From: Giardia intestinalis | Taxonomy: Eukaryota | Length of the DNA stretch: 64,000 bases | Assembly: GCA_000002435.2 (NCBI GenBank) | Contig: CM018793.1 | Strand: one strand, 5' to 3' | The notes under the pieces: generated by a model | Told to the model about the DNA's origin: nothing | Database searches by the model: none | The model's input: the letters and a program-made list of their open reading frames with translations, nothing else | Made by a program: the position numbers and the translations under genes | Shown here: positions 39,701-48,841 of the stretch, piece by piece | How the letters are laid out: the number at the start of each line of letters is the position of its first letter | How positions within the stretch are numbered: position 1 is the first letter of the stretch

Positions 39701-41147
39701 CATAGCCACTAAGATCACACCAACCTTTATTGATGTCATTCAGGAGGAGTACAGACTCCAGAAGAATGCAACAGACAAGCTATTTATTGAGGCAGCACGA
39801 AACATGGACAGAAAAGTCCGAGAGAGCGTTACACGGCCATCTTCACAAATCTTTGTCCGGAATACTCCACAAGCCAGGTTCTCGGCCAATAGTGATACAG
39901 ACCCATCAGCGAAGATTAACCGGCACTCTGTGTTGCTTGATATAGCCATGCAAGGAGATCGATTGGCAGGTGATGGGGATCTGGTTCAGGATCACTTCAC
40001 CGGAAAAATACCTGCCAGTACCATAGCAGAAGCTCAACACTTAACAAATAAGATCGGTAATCCTAAGAAATCTAGAACATCTAACACATTAAGTCCATCC
40101 CGGAAACCCACCAGACCTGCATCAGCCACACAGATTAGAAAAGCATCTGGAAGCGTGTTGTCATATACGTCAAGAGAGATAATGCAGTCAGTGGACACAC
40201 AGCTCTACAGACAGCAATTGAGCATGGAGAAGAGTCGCTATCGGTCGTCCAGCAATCGCACAATAACTAAGTCAGATGCAGACGAAAAGCGAGAGCAAAA
40301 GAATACCATGAAGCTTTTGTATCAGAATAATGAAGACTTGATGCGGCAAGAGAGACAGGTGCAGCACCAAGAGCATCTCAATCGCATAGCACTTATAAAG
40401 AATACACCATCCAAGTCTTACATGACTGATGAGAAGAACGCCGGAATAGCCGTCTATAGGAATGCAGCCAGGAGAGCACGTACAATATCTAAGAGGAATC
40501 GCAACATGTCCAAGACATCAAACACAGCAGAAGAGATCAGGCGGGCTGTCTGCAACGACAAGCTGCGCTACCAAGGCCTGTCGTCTGCCGAGCTCGCAAA
40601 GGGCCTTGTCATCTCCACTGGTGAGCTGGTAAAACCACTCAACGTGCCTTGCCTAGAGGAAGTGGTAGAACACGCAGGAAAGATAAAGGTGGCTCCTTTA
40701 GAGCTCATAGGCTTGAGTACAGATGTGATCAGGAATATAGAACCTGATTTGAAAAGCCTATCTGCTGCAGGAGAGCAGTTTCTAAGCGATGAATTGGCAT
40801 GGGAGGAGCAGATGCGCGACCCGGACTACAAGTTCCAGAGGACAACGAGCCGAATGGCAATGTGCAGTCACGTCAATAATAGCAAGCTAGATGCTAGTAG
40901 GATTCAGAATTTACAGGTCCTTACCTTTAGCAGCCTACCCATTAACGAAGCTGGGCAGCATATGAACGGTATTCTGCAAGAGATGACATTTAGGGCGGAC
41001 GCAGGCCTAACGCTTAAGGGCTTTACCCCAGGAGAACAAAGCCCCGTGCATGCAAAGGCTAGCGAAGCGCGCTGCATTGCACAGCAGCTTCTGCAGAAGG
41101 CCAGTGGGAAGGCCTTGAGAGCTAACTCTAAGACAAGGTCACTTTAG
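36777..41147 (+). CDS. Large leucine-rich-repeat protein (1456 aa)
   Basis: N-terminal LRRs: LVVLSLSNCGLEKVPACLRALPCLQELDLSRNRLTH, LKVLDLSDNYLTDVGELQHLGVLNDLEVLNIEGNPL. A long low-complexity Ser/Thr/Asn-rich remainder follows. Stop TAG at 41145-41147. Confidence 0.75.
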   Translation: MDYLLSAAHSERDSGSNGSIQDYLDFDLIPRPLASMQSFLMKDILDKLVVLSLSNCGLEKVPACLRALPCLQELDLSRNRLTHCASQFITANLPFLKVLDLSDNYLTDVGELQHLGVLNDLEVLNIEGNPLPFAASRCEAIRALLFQTAHTEAFSSRARQLHATHRTNIKYSPFLLLGSYKTIVSDYPSAVANAVKASLAVKQGSYDALDTSDYLKKQLSIDAHKLTNGSFFSRSSWTNEGIVVSGPGCVLLSDARLEAPLVYIGKRDDIFNTYNSCLGATETYANLIYRKAKNASSAANTGINQAKLVKTQLDNCSDEDHLRFFGSLNFSYLDSYTDQRNSLSNTTKRPVSTSEYLRKRASSHSLIVSTASAGMIDNYNINRAIDMPADIEANLTKKGQTQHFFINLNQRPLHNIDSPFPRLRILNNLIITVDDYDRAKQLNTTVQYTNYLLSPRAQFRSTRRSSATRRGLSGEKGKSLGLLSFNRSHCIPPSEILQQRQFADRERQNTLMLEQQVCDHLKQFIMTGEINSNDGEESIDLLQASNESIGDTLDDATTKMAHTNPPAMLTQRTGPTSASANGLISGSFASDRDADLQHLDQHLAMTQLASDAFNPLPSEHSAMRVSELGVARTGVIGNLAMDKHVLEENELKTKRRSGAAALASSSIAFTSNAFKALASSQYAHKDTFKQSENKLGCTQTLGKTEADTTEYALSLASTTKLGRTTVNDDTMTHLLESTPSVGVMHARAKSQFMKVRPLSSTQQESFMRTAVEAKEAYPSRLEQVTLESLITKQANDRLSDQHQQRKREIAASENMLRAPGLKTTIGIIDDDALVVQRDTIAKTAEPLDILIRNADTTEEFDRIMSLDGQFRASKISPEYNTAYSMKMFGKSNVSGGASAKPVGTPEEATSGTTVADSVAARSIHPTAQDADEDAYVRLVKASISQNPLKLETNAISYEKMANPEFADKDLIPNTSIATKITPTFIDVIQEEYRLQKNATDKLFIEAARNMDRKVRESVTRPSSQIFVRNTPQARFSANSDTDPSAKINRHSVLLDIAMQGDRLAGDGDLVQDHFTGKIPASTIAEAQHLTNKIGNPKKSRTSNTLSPSRKPTRPASATQIRKASGSVLSYTSREIMQSVDTQLYRQQLSMEKSRYRSSSNRTITKSDADEKREQKNTMKLLYQNNEDLMRQERQVQHQEHLNRIALIKNTPSKSYMTDEKNAGIAVYRNAARRARTISKRNRNMSKTSNTAEEIRRAVCNDKLRYQGLSSAELAKGLVISTGELVKPLNVPCLEEVVEHAGKIKVAPLELIGLSTDVIRNIEPDLKSLSAAGEQFLSDELAWEEQMRDPDYKFQRTTSRMAMCSHVNNSKLDASRIQNLQVLTFSSLPINEAGQHMNGILQEMTFRADAGLTLKGFTPGEQSPVHAKASEARCIAQQLLQKASGKALRANSKTRSL

Positions 41148-41390
41148 GGAAATCGCCTCCCATGGCGCAGCACAGAGTGGGCAAATGACGTTGCTAGTCA
41201 GCCATGTGTGTATACATTCTGTGTGGAAGACATGGCCGCACTTGCTCTTGACCAAAGAGCACGTCGAGTCTGTGCTGGCGCACGTTGGACAGAGTTCATG
41301 GCAAGGGATCTTGCAGACAGCACATGCTGCAAGCTCGCTGGCGAAGCGCCAGGCAACGAACTTATTTACAGCAAGGGTTCTTAGGGACAT
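41139..41390 (-). CDS. RBX1/APC11-type RING-H2 finger protein
   Basis: 83 aa: CAVCKIPCHELCPTCASTDSTCSLVKSKCGHVFHTECIHTWLTSNVICPLCAAPW. The Cys/His spacing, including the inserted third zinc site, is that of RBX1/ANAPC11 (compare CAICR...CIECQA...[35 protein letters not shown]). Its TGA stop (complement of 41139-41141) overlaps the last codons of the convergent LRR gene. Confidence 0.65.
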   Translation of the reverse strand: MSLRTLAVNKFVAWRFASELAACAVCKIPCHELCPTCASTDSTCSLVKSKCGHVFHTECIHTWLTSNVICPLCAAPWEAISLK

Positions 41391-41708
41391 TTTTAGGATT
41401 GCACTACAACTATGAATAGCAGTTAGTTCGGTGCTCGGGAGTCTAAGGTAAACGCATACTGTTTACTATTGTCCATGTGAGCTACCAATTGAAGTCGTTG
41501 ACATGGCCAAAGGAGCGAGAGTTCACTCGTCGGCTGCAAATCATGCTTGCAAGCTAGACCCGGTGGCACAGCGCACATATAGAACTATCCATCGCACAGT
41601 CCTCGTGAGTGTTACGTGCACTAACATATGCGCATTAACATATGTTGAGACGCTGAACTCCCATACAGCATTGAGTGCGTTCAATTCAATAGTCTCCATT
41701 CAGAGAGT

Positions 41709-42620
41709 TTACTCGCTCAGGAGCGGCTCTAGAGCCAAAAGGATTGTCTTGTTGGTATCCTCTATTGTCAGAATCCGCTCAAGCACAGCGCGTAGCCGCG
41801 CTTCATCATGATCCTTCGGAAAAGGAGAATCAGAGCAAACAAGCTGAGAAGCCAATACAATCAGCTTTCTCAGGCAGATAGCCATATTATCATTAGAATC
41901 GACGGGGGCTGGGAGTTCGGTATACATTTCAGAGAAGCGGTCGCGAAGGGCTGCTGTTAGAGCTGCAAGCTCACTCTTTGGAAGGCAGCAGACCTGCGTC
42001 AATAGGGTCTCAGCATTGTTATTAACCACATCATAGTCTGCGGCATATGCTTTCAAATCGTGAAGTAAATCAGAGAAGGCACCATGAGCTCGTTGTGCCA
42101 ACTCAGCCAGGCTCATCTTCGAAAGATCGATCAGTGTTGGCTGAGAGGTAGGGGGCCGAAGAAGGCTGTACTGGGTGACGATGTCGCTCAGCGGTCCTCT
42201 CACTGTCCGGTAGGCGGAAACGTCACTGGGCGTGAGCATATCCTTTATGATAAGCTCGTCTGAAATTAAAGTGGGTTCTGTCCCTGCAGAAATGAGAAAT
42301 TGATCCAAAAGAAGGTTGTCTGAAGACACGACGTGATTTGCAAGTAATAGCACATCCTTGCATTCAGTGTATAGTGACTCTTCCAAGCCAGCAAGTGAGT
42401 CTTCCAATACAGAGACCGACTCCGTGAGGGATTCTCGACACTCGATAAAGCACTCAATGATCCCGTCGATATTAGTATCTGGGTTATATGAGCGCGGGTG
42501 TGTGTGGGCGACATATGCACACGTCATCATTGTGCGCTGCCAACGCATGAACTGCAGAGAGACGTTGAGTGCTCCGGCCAGAGCTCTGATAGTCTGCATA
42601 CACATTTTTAGCTTTTTCAT
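41709..42620 (-). CDS. Hypothetical protein (303 aa)
   Basis: ORF with ATG at 42618-42620 (complement). No recognisable domain. Confidence 0.6.
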   Translation of the reverse strand: MKKLKMCMQTIRALAGALNVSLQFMRWQRTMMTCAYVAHTHPRSYNPDTNIDGIIECFIECRESLTESVSVLEDSLAGLEESLYTECKDVLLLANHVVSSDNLLLDQFLISAGTEPTLISDELIIKDMLTPSDVSAYRTVRGPLSDIVTQYSLLRPPTSQPTLIDLSKMSLAELAQRAHGAFSDLLHDLKAYAADYDVVNNNAETLLTQVCCLPKSELAALTAALRDRFSEMYTELPAPVDSNDNMAICLRKLIVLASQLVCSDSPFPKDHDEARLRAVLERILTIEDTNKTILLALEPLLSE

Positions 42621-42624
42621 TCTC

Positions 42625-43815
42625 TCACCCTTTCCGCGCCCCCAGGAATATGGTTAAGTATTCACTTGTGTTGTTGACAGCAGTACAACTCTTACTACGG
42701 GCGTTTCCTGTTAATATTGGAGCGGGATCATTGTCATTTGAACTATCTGAGCTACCTACTAAATTCAGGCGTAAAGCCTTCACCTGATCAATCGAGCTTC
42801 GGGAGTCAGCTGTGGAGGGCAGCCCCTTTGACTCCTTGATCACCGAGGAAGTGGTGTGTATAGCACCAGGTGTCTCAAGGGTGTGAAACATCCGGTCTAC
42901 CTCACATATGTCATCAATAGTAACAAGGGGCTTTCCATATGCACACCGCTTAGTGATTGTTGTCGATGACCGTTTAACTTGCTCCTTTTCCTTTGGCACA
43001 GATCCAAAGGGAGTGTCCGCTATCGCCTGAAGCTCTGGCGAACAATTAGCCATTGCACTGGATACTAAGGATGTGAGGGGCGATGTTCGGACAGTTGCAG
43101 CTGCAGCCATGGATGTGTTATCTGACGATCCTAGTGAAGCACTTTGGTCCCCTATGCTGGGAGGGTTGTACTTATACTTTCGGATGCATGTCGATGACCC
43201 GCTGCTCGATCCACTTGTTGCACGACTTCGACTGTATCTTGGGCCAGGTAATGAAAAGTTAATTGGGGTAAGAGGCTGCTGGATGGGGGTTTTATGAACG
43301 GGTTGTATCCGGGGGCTACTAGATACGCCTGCAGAATATCCTTCTGATATTCTCTTCAGGGAAGAACGCTCTGTGGTCCGAGGGGTAGATTGACCGGCTA
43401 TTAAAGTTGTGCTGACTGAAGGTGGATCGCTATAGTTAGTCACAGGTAAAACATTCTGGGGCCGATGAAGATACAACGAAGATATATGAGGAGAATAGCC
43501 CGATGCCTCTTCAGAGCTCCGGTAATGCAATGCTGATGATAGATTTGAATTCTGTAGGAGCCCTGCTGCATCTGAGGCCCGCCGTTTGTTGTTCTGAACC
43601 AGGCTACCACTCCGCAAGGATGGTAGGACAGGAACATTGGACCTTGACCCAGACCTTGACTGATGTTGAACATCATTAAAAACCCGGCCCGACTTCAGAG
43701 AGTTCCTTCTCAGAGGTTCATTTTCGTGCACTCCAGGCTTCAGCGCCCGAAGGACCTTTTGCCTATCGACATTTGTGTATGTTATTTGCTCTAGTGGGAC
43801 TTTTGGGGTGGACAT
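42625..43815 (-). CDS. Ser-rich hypothetical protein (396 aa)
   Basis: ORF with ATG at 43813-43815 (complement). Low-complexity Ser/Pro-rich. Transcribed divergently from the repeat-containing gene across a 45-bp spacer. Confidence 0.55.
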   Translation of the reverse strand: MSTPKVPLEQITYTNVDRQKVLRALKPGVHENEPLRRNSLKSGRVFNDVQHQSRSGSRSNVPVLPSLRSGSLVQNNKRRASDAAGLLQNSNLSSALHYRSSEEASGYSPHISSLYLHRPQNVLPVTNYSDPPSVSTTLIAGQSTPRTTERSSLKRISEGYSAGVSSSPRIQPVHKTPIQQPLTPINFSLPGPRYSRSRATSGSSSGSSTCIRKYKYNPPSIGDQSASLGSSDNTSMAAAATVRTSPLTSLVSSAMANCSPELQAIADTPFGSVPKEKEQVKRSSTTITKRCAYGKPLVTIDDICEVDRMFHTLETPGAIHTTSSVIKESKGLPSTADSRSSIDQVKALRLNLVGSSDSSNDNDPAPILTGNARSKSCTAVNNTSEYLTIFLGARKG

Positions 43816-43860
43816 TTTTTGAGAGCAATAAACACATCCTCTCTAGGCTTTAACCAACAT

Positions 43861-46161
43861 ATGGACGCAGCCGAGGGTATAACTTGGAAGCCACCGGTAT
43901 ACGCCTTCAAAAGAAAGAGCGATGAGCATAAAGGTCTAGGGTCATCATTGTTTCATTCTACTAAGCCCAACAGCAATATACCCAAAGTCAAAAACGCATC
44001 TAAAACGATGAATGGTATACGACGTGGCGAAGCACTAGCGTCTACAAATCAACACACTGTCTCTCCATACCGTCCGGGGTCTCCAGAAAGAGCCACTGCA
44101 AAATTTATGAAACCACACGGAACCCACCTTTTTTCGGAGGGTGGTAACCATGTAGATATCCCTACTGCTATTTACATTGATAGCTTTTCAGAAGTTCCAG
44201 TAGATCCACCAGCAAAACCTGTAGATACTGCAAAGAAAGCTGTACCTCTTTATTTACAACGTGTCGCATCACCCCAGATATACACTGGTGAGAAGTTCTC
44301 ACCTCGCCTGCAGGGCTCTCCACAACCCTATCCAAAACTGGAGGGAGCCCCCACTAAATGCATCAAGACACGGCACGATAAGCATGATAATCTCATATTT
44401 TCATCACCAACTCAGGATGAATTGCGAGAGCATGACATCGAGATGCATGCCGTAGAAGCAATCGAAAGTGCGTTGCACATAATTTCTCTATCCAATCAGC
44501 CTCTGCACCATAGTCTTCAAAATGAAAGTTCTAACTTTCTAGAACATCAGCGACCAGAGTGGCTCCCTTCCAAGTCTAACTCCTTTACAAACAATGCCTC
44601 ACCTGTGTCAGATGTCGGAATTTCATCAAGTGATACCTTGAGCTATCCCTTTATGGAATCTTTTGAAGAAGTAGTAGACCAGCCGTCGATCAACCCCATT
44701 GAAACGGTGAATAAAACTATGCAAACACATCCTCCTCAAGATCTGACCAAACCGCGCTACGCTCTTCTTACTACTTCATCGCAGATGCAACATACTCATA
44801 GTCACATATCTTACGCAACTCCACAACCACCTTTAGCCTCAGGTGAATTCACTGACGCAGAAACAAACACTTTTAAAGGGGTAGCTATTAATTCACCGAC
44901 GCTAGGTTCAATAGAACACAATCCTTGTAGTATTTTCTCTACTAGAAGCACGCAGACAGAAGTAGACAAGCGAAAACAAGACGATCAATTCACTACAGAG
45001 CACACTATTGAGTCAAAGGATTGGTCCAACAGTAATTTCTCATCCAAGCATCCCGTATCAGCTGAATCTACAAAGAATAGTGCTAGTAGTCACACTGATG
45101 TACCAGTAGTTGATGAGAATGCTGAGCCAGAGGAAAAGATGTCATCTTTCTGGGAGGATTTACCTGGGCTGACCACATACACAATTGACTCTCCGTTACA
45201 ACAAAGCGCCCACACATTCAGCTTGTCAGCGGATGAAGACCGTAATGGTATAGGTACTAACTTAAATAAACCGTCCTACTGTGCTATTGATTCATCATCA
45301 ACGCTCACAGCAAAAAAAGATTTGACAGATCGGCCATACAAGATAGAGCAACAAAAACCCGCCGCACATATCAGGGCAGCCAGTGAGGGAATAAGCTTGC
45401 CTCCTCCATGCTCTATTTTGGGTAAGATCAAGCCCTGTGATAATGAGGAGAAAAGCTGTGATCCATCCGATAGCATATCTGAAAATTCGAAGGAAGTATT
45501 TTGCAATGATGTAGCTCTATCTAACGGTATCGAGTCTGAAGTTTGTCACTCCAGTTGGGAAGAAAATTCAGAAGAAAATCCGTACCTCGCCGTGGGAGAG
45601 GCGTACCGGGACGAGGAGCACCACCGGGACCCGCTACCCGACCGGCCCCGGGAGCGCCTGTACCTCGCCGTGGGAGAGGCGTACCGGGACGAGGAGCACC
45701 ACCGGGACCCGCTACCCGACCGGCCCCGGGAGCGCCCGTACCTCGCCGTGGGAGAGGCGTACCGGGACGAGGAGCACCACCGGGACCCGCTACCCGACCG
45801 GCCCCGGGAGCGCCCGTACCTCGCCGTGGGAGAGGCGTACCGGGACGAGGAGCACCACCGGGACCCGCTACCCGACCGGCCCCGGGAGCGCCCGTACCTC
45901 GCCGTGGGAGAGGCGTACCGGGACGAGGAGCACCACCGGGACCCGCTACCCGACCGGCCCCGGGAGCGCCCGTACCTCGCCGTGGGAGAGGCGTACCGGG
46001 ACGAGGAGCACCATCTCATACATAATCCAAATGGAAAACGCGCAAAAAATCCCTATTGGGGAATAGGAGCCGCATTTTGGTCAGAGCCCTACCACATTCA
46101 GGCACGTATAGAATATATAGAGCTTAGACAGCAGGAAAGCATAACGCACAGGCTTAAGTAA
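43861..46161 (+). CDS. Hypothetical protein containing ~5.5 tandem 26-aa repeats (PYLAVGEAYRDEEHHRDPLPDRPRER)
   Basis: The track ORF starts at a TTG (43819); the first ATG is at 43861. It is open to the TAA at 46159-46161. Its C-terminal part is encoded by a perfect 78-bp tandem array. Confidence 0.7.
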   Translation: MDAAEGITWKPPVYAFKRKSDEHKGLGSSLFHSTKPNSNIPKVKNASKTMNGIRRGEALASTNQHTVSPYRPGSPERATAKFMKPHGTHLFSEGGNHVDIPTAIYIDSFSEVPVDPPAKPVDTAKKAVPLYLQRVASPQIYTGEKFSPRLQGSPQPYPKLEGAPTKCIKTRHDKHDNLIFSSPTQDELREHDIEMHAVEAIESALHIISLSNQPLHHSLQNESSNFLEHQRPEWLPSKSNSFTNNASPVSDVGISSSDTLSYPFMESFEEVVDQPSINPIETVNKTMQTHPPQDLTKPRYALLTTSSQMQHTHSHISYATPQPPLASGEFTDAETNTFKGVAINSPTLGSIEHNPCSIFSTRSTQTEVDKRKQDDQFTTEHTIESKDWSNSNFSSKHPVSAESTKNSASSHTDVPVVDENAEPEEKMSSFWEDLPGLTTYTIDSPLQQSAHTFSLSADEDRNGIGTNLNKPSYCAIDSSSTLTAKKDLTDRPYKIEQQKPAAHIRAASEGISLPPPCSILGKIKPCDNEEKSCDPSDSISENSKEVFCNDVALSNGIESEVCHSSWEENSEENPYLAVGEAYRDEEHHRDPLPDRPRERLYLAVGEAYRDEEHHRDPLPDRPRERPYLAVGEAYRDEEHHRDPLPDRPRERPYLAVGEAYRDEEHHRDPLPDRPRERPYLAVGEAYRDEEHHRDPLPDRPRERPYLAVGEAYRDEEHHLIHNPNGKRAKNPYWGIGAAFWSEPYHIQARIEYIELRQQESITHRLK
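45581..46013 (+). repeat. Perfect 78-bp tandem repeat array (~5.5 copies), GC-rich, in frame within a CDS
   Basis: The unit CGTACCTCGCCGTGGGAGAGGCGTACCGGGACGAGGAGCACCACCGGGACCCGCTACCCGACCGGCCCCGGGAGCGCC is repeated head to tail. Copies after the first start at 45659, 45737, 45815, 45893 and 45971. The only difference seen is CGCCTG versus CGCCCG at the first junction. The last copy is truncated at about 46013. Confidence 0.95.
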
Positions 46162-46196
46162 TCTTCTTCATCAAAGTAACATTTAATTAAAAAGCT

Positions 46197-47906
46197 ATGA
46201 GCACAAGAGACAAGCGTTTCTCTAAAATTGGAAGGGATTCGCGCTTTATACAACTAGAATCACGAACATCTCGTAAAGAAAACGTCGATGGTGATGCCCG
46301 CTTTGCAAACCTGGGCAAGTCTATTGCGGACATGGCCATGGAAACAAAGTCGTCTAAGACTCATAGTACAGAAGAAATGCAGTCTGACCATTCTAGTGAT
46401 GAGCATGCAGAGCCAATAGAAGAGGAGTATCCTCTTAATTCTGACGATCTTGAGGACGAAGTAATTCCATACGTGGACGGAGAAGAATCAACGTCTTTGG
46501 CCATCGTTAACATGGATTGGGACCACATAAAAGCTGCCGATCTGTATGTCGTGCTCCATTCCTTTCTGCCAGCGACAGGAAAGCTGGAGCATGTCAGGGT
46601 GTTTATGTCTGAGTTCGGACGTGAGAGATTGGCCCAGGAAGCAGTCAAAGGCCCGGGATTGGATGCTTATGTCGATAAGGAGCGAGAAAAGATATTTGCT
46701 GAATACCGGAGGAACATGGACAGCGGGGCGGTAGAGTTTAAGAACACTAAGCAGGTGCCGGTGACGAAGTTATCTTCAGAATACTACGACATTAAGGATT
46801 ACTTTGATGCTAACGCTGATGAAGCAGAAGCAGCTGCAGAGAATGCTATTCGGCGCTACGAGCTCGACCGCATGCGTTATGCCTTTGCAATAGCTAAGTT
46901 TAATTCCATACAGACCGCTTCTAACATTTACTCGCAGTTAAATGGCGTGCTCTTTGAACGCTCCAGTTGCACACTAGATCTGCGCGTAGTTATGTTGGAG
47001 GACGAGGCTCAGTTCCTGAAGGGGGACAAACTGATTCCCGTTGCAGAAGGAGGATGGCTGATGGACGCGTGCTTTTCTTTTCCGCAACTCTACGCTGCAA
47101 AAGATGACTTCGAAACGAAAGCGCTCCAAAAGACAAAACCCGAGCTCACATGGGACCAAACAGATCCTGATCGGTTGAAGATAACCACCCGGAAACTATC
47201 GAACGAGGAGGCGCACGATTGGGCAAATGACCCGGCCAACCAGTTTATTGCCATGAGCGATGAAGATGAGAGCGATGGAGCAGGCCGCTTTGATCTTTTA
47301 ACAGGTAATCATAAGACAGAAGATGATAGTAGTGACAGCAATGATGATGATGATGGAAGCAGTATCGGATCAGATGAGCCACAGCACGGCAAGCACAGTA
47401 AGCACAGCAAAGACGACCTTTTTATAAGCTTTGATTCCATACTAACAGGTAGTTCAGTACCAGGTCGGTCAATAATGGCCCCAACTGTGCAAACTCCGTT
47501 TCAAAAGTACCTTGAGCAGCGGACAAAAGAGAAAAAGGCCAATCAACAAGCTCAGAAGGATGAAACAGCACTTGCGAGTTCCCCTAAAGGTCGCGCTGAT
47601 GATAGTAGTTTCAGTCTAGTTGTGACTAGAAAGGAGAAGCTCCTTCAGCAAAAGATCAGTGACGCCAAGCTATCGGGAAACTCTCGCAAGCTGAGGCGGC
47701 TAACCAGCGACCTGCAGAAGCTCTACGATGAGAACCCGTGGCTATCATCCACTGCAGTTTCAGAGGGTGACATTCTGGCTGATGACCGTTTTGCAGCGGT
47801 TCTGCAGAATGGGCGGGAATTCCACATCGACACGTCCATCCAGGAGTATCGAGAGGGAGGCGATCTATCGTCGGTGATTACTGCTCAGCGAAAAATCAGA
47901 CGGTGA
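46197..47906 (+). CDS. ESF1: ESF1-like pre-rRNA processing protein (NUC153 domain)
   Basis: 569 aa. The N-terminal repeated DxRF motifs are KRFSKIGRDSRF and DARFANLG. The central block SLAIVNMDWDHIKAADLYVVLHSFLPATGKLEHVRVFMSEFGRERLAQEAVKGP matches the conserved ESF1 core (RLAVVNLDWDHVKSEDL...SSF.P..G.I.SV.IYPSEFGKERM..EE.EGP). The C-terminus is acidic. An AGTAAAT lies 27 nt after the TGA. Confidence 0.7.
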   Translation: MSTRDKRFSKIGRDSRFIQLESRTSRKENVDGDARFANLGKSIADMAMETKSSKTHSTEEMQSDHSSDEHAEPIEEEYPLNSDDLEDEVIPYVDGEESTSLAIVNMDWDHIKAADLYVVLHSFLPATGKLEHVRVFMSEFGRERLAQEAVKGPGLDAYVDKEREKIFAEYRRNMDSGAVEFKNTKQVPVTKLSSEYYDIKDYFDANADEAEAAAENAIRRYELDRMRYAFAIAKFNSIQTASNIYSQLNGVLFERSSCTLDLRVVMLEDEAQFLKGDKLIPVAEGGWLMDACFSFPQLYAAKDDFETKALQKTKPELTWDQTDPDRLKITTRKLSNEEAHDWANDPANQFIAMSDEDESDGAGRFDLLTGNHKTEDDSSDSNDDDDGSSIGSDEPQHGKHSKHSKDDLFISFDSILTGSSVPGRSIMAPTVQTPFQKYLEQRTKEKKANQQAQKDETALASSPKGRADDSSFSLVVTRKEKLLQQKISDAKLSGNSRKLRRLTSDLQKLYDENPWLSSTAVSEGDILADDRFAAVLQNGREFHIDTSIQEYREGGDLSSVITAQRKIRR

Positions 47907-48012
47907 CACACGTCTGCCAGGAGCCAATCAGAAGTAAATACCATTCACAAAAACGCTCTAGAAGGCTCCTTCCTAACAAGGGTTGAGGTTGCTGTTCTAG
48001 CTGAGATCATTG

Positions 48013-48750
48013 TCATGGTTGTGGTTGGATGTATTGCTTAGCACCAATCAAACCTAAAACGCCGAAAACTACGAAAAACAGAATGACTGGATAAATGGTC
48101 ATAAAGGCCTTTCCTTGGAGGGCTAAGTTCTTAAAGAAAGCATAGGCGGCCAGGGAAGACCAAGTCGTTGCAAGAATGGCAGTGAGCCCAACGATGAGCG
48201 ACCTAATCCAGTTAGCCAGATTGCCTGCCAAAAGCGCCATCATCATTGCCACAAATGTGTATGCCGCAAGGGGCATCAAACAGTAGCCGAGGAAGCAAAA
48301 GGTGCCGGGGATATGCACCCGCCCTCCGACTATGTTTGTGTTGAAGGCCACTAAGTAGCCGACGCAGAAGTATATGGCAAAAGCTATGCCGAAATAGGAC
48401 CCTGTGTTGTCACCGTTCTTTGTAGCTATGATGACCAAGAACAATGAGTATAGTGTCAACCAGAACGTGGGTCCGATGAAGTCATATGTTTCATAAACGG
48501 CATGATCCGCGGTGCTAGACTTGAAAATCCAAAGAATTTGAAGAGTCTTCTTCCCCATGGTAGTGAACTCCCGCTTGAACGTAGTTCCTACGGATTCATC
48601 GAGGGTAGAAAGCATCCATTCTGGAGGCGCAACTGTTCGTAACTCCTCTTCTGTCGGCGGGCCATTCTCGTGAGAAGCACCAGACGGCGCTGTCGGCCCT
48701 GCAGTTCCATTAAACGCATTGGCGCCAGGCTCCTCGGCATAAAAAGCCAT
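48013..48750 (-). CDS. Yip1-family membrane protein
   Basis: 245 aa. A cytosolic N-terminus is followed by about 5 TM helices. The Yip1-family motif YDFIGPTFW (compare DLYGPLW) lies before the first TM, and a GYCL motif is present. Confidence 0.65.
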   Translation of the reverse strand: MAFYAEEPGANAFNGTAGPTAPSGASHENGPPTEEELRTVAPPEWMLSTLDESVGTTFKREFTTMGKKTLQILWIFKSSTADHAVYETYDFIGPTFWLTLYSLFLVIIATKNGDNTGSYFGIAFAIYFCVGYLVAFNTNIVGGRVHIPGTFCFLGYCLMPLAAYTFVAMMMALLAGNLANWIRSLIVGLTAILATTWSSLAAYAFFKNLALQGKAFMTIYPVILFFVVFGVLGLIGAKQYIQPQP

Positions 48751-48841
48751 TTTGTTAGTATTTTATTTCTGCATTAAACTTATGTACAGTAGAGTTCGAT
48801 GAGCTCCCTCCGTAAGCTGTACAGTATTGCGGCAATAAAGC

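Noticed and set aside
45543-46025. Long ORFs on both strands through the 78-bp repeat (160 aa on +, 157 aa on -)
   Set aside because: These are artefacts of a perfect repeat lacking stops in other frames. The real frame is the one continuous with the 43861..46161 CDS.
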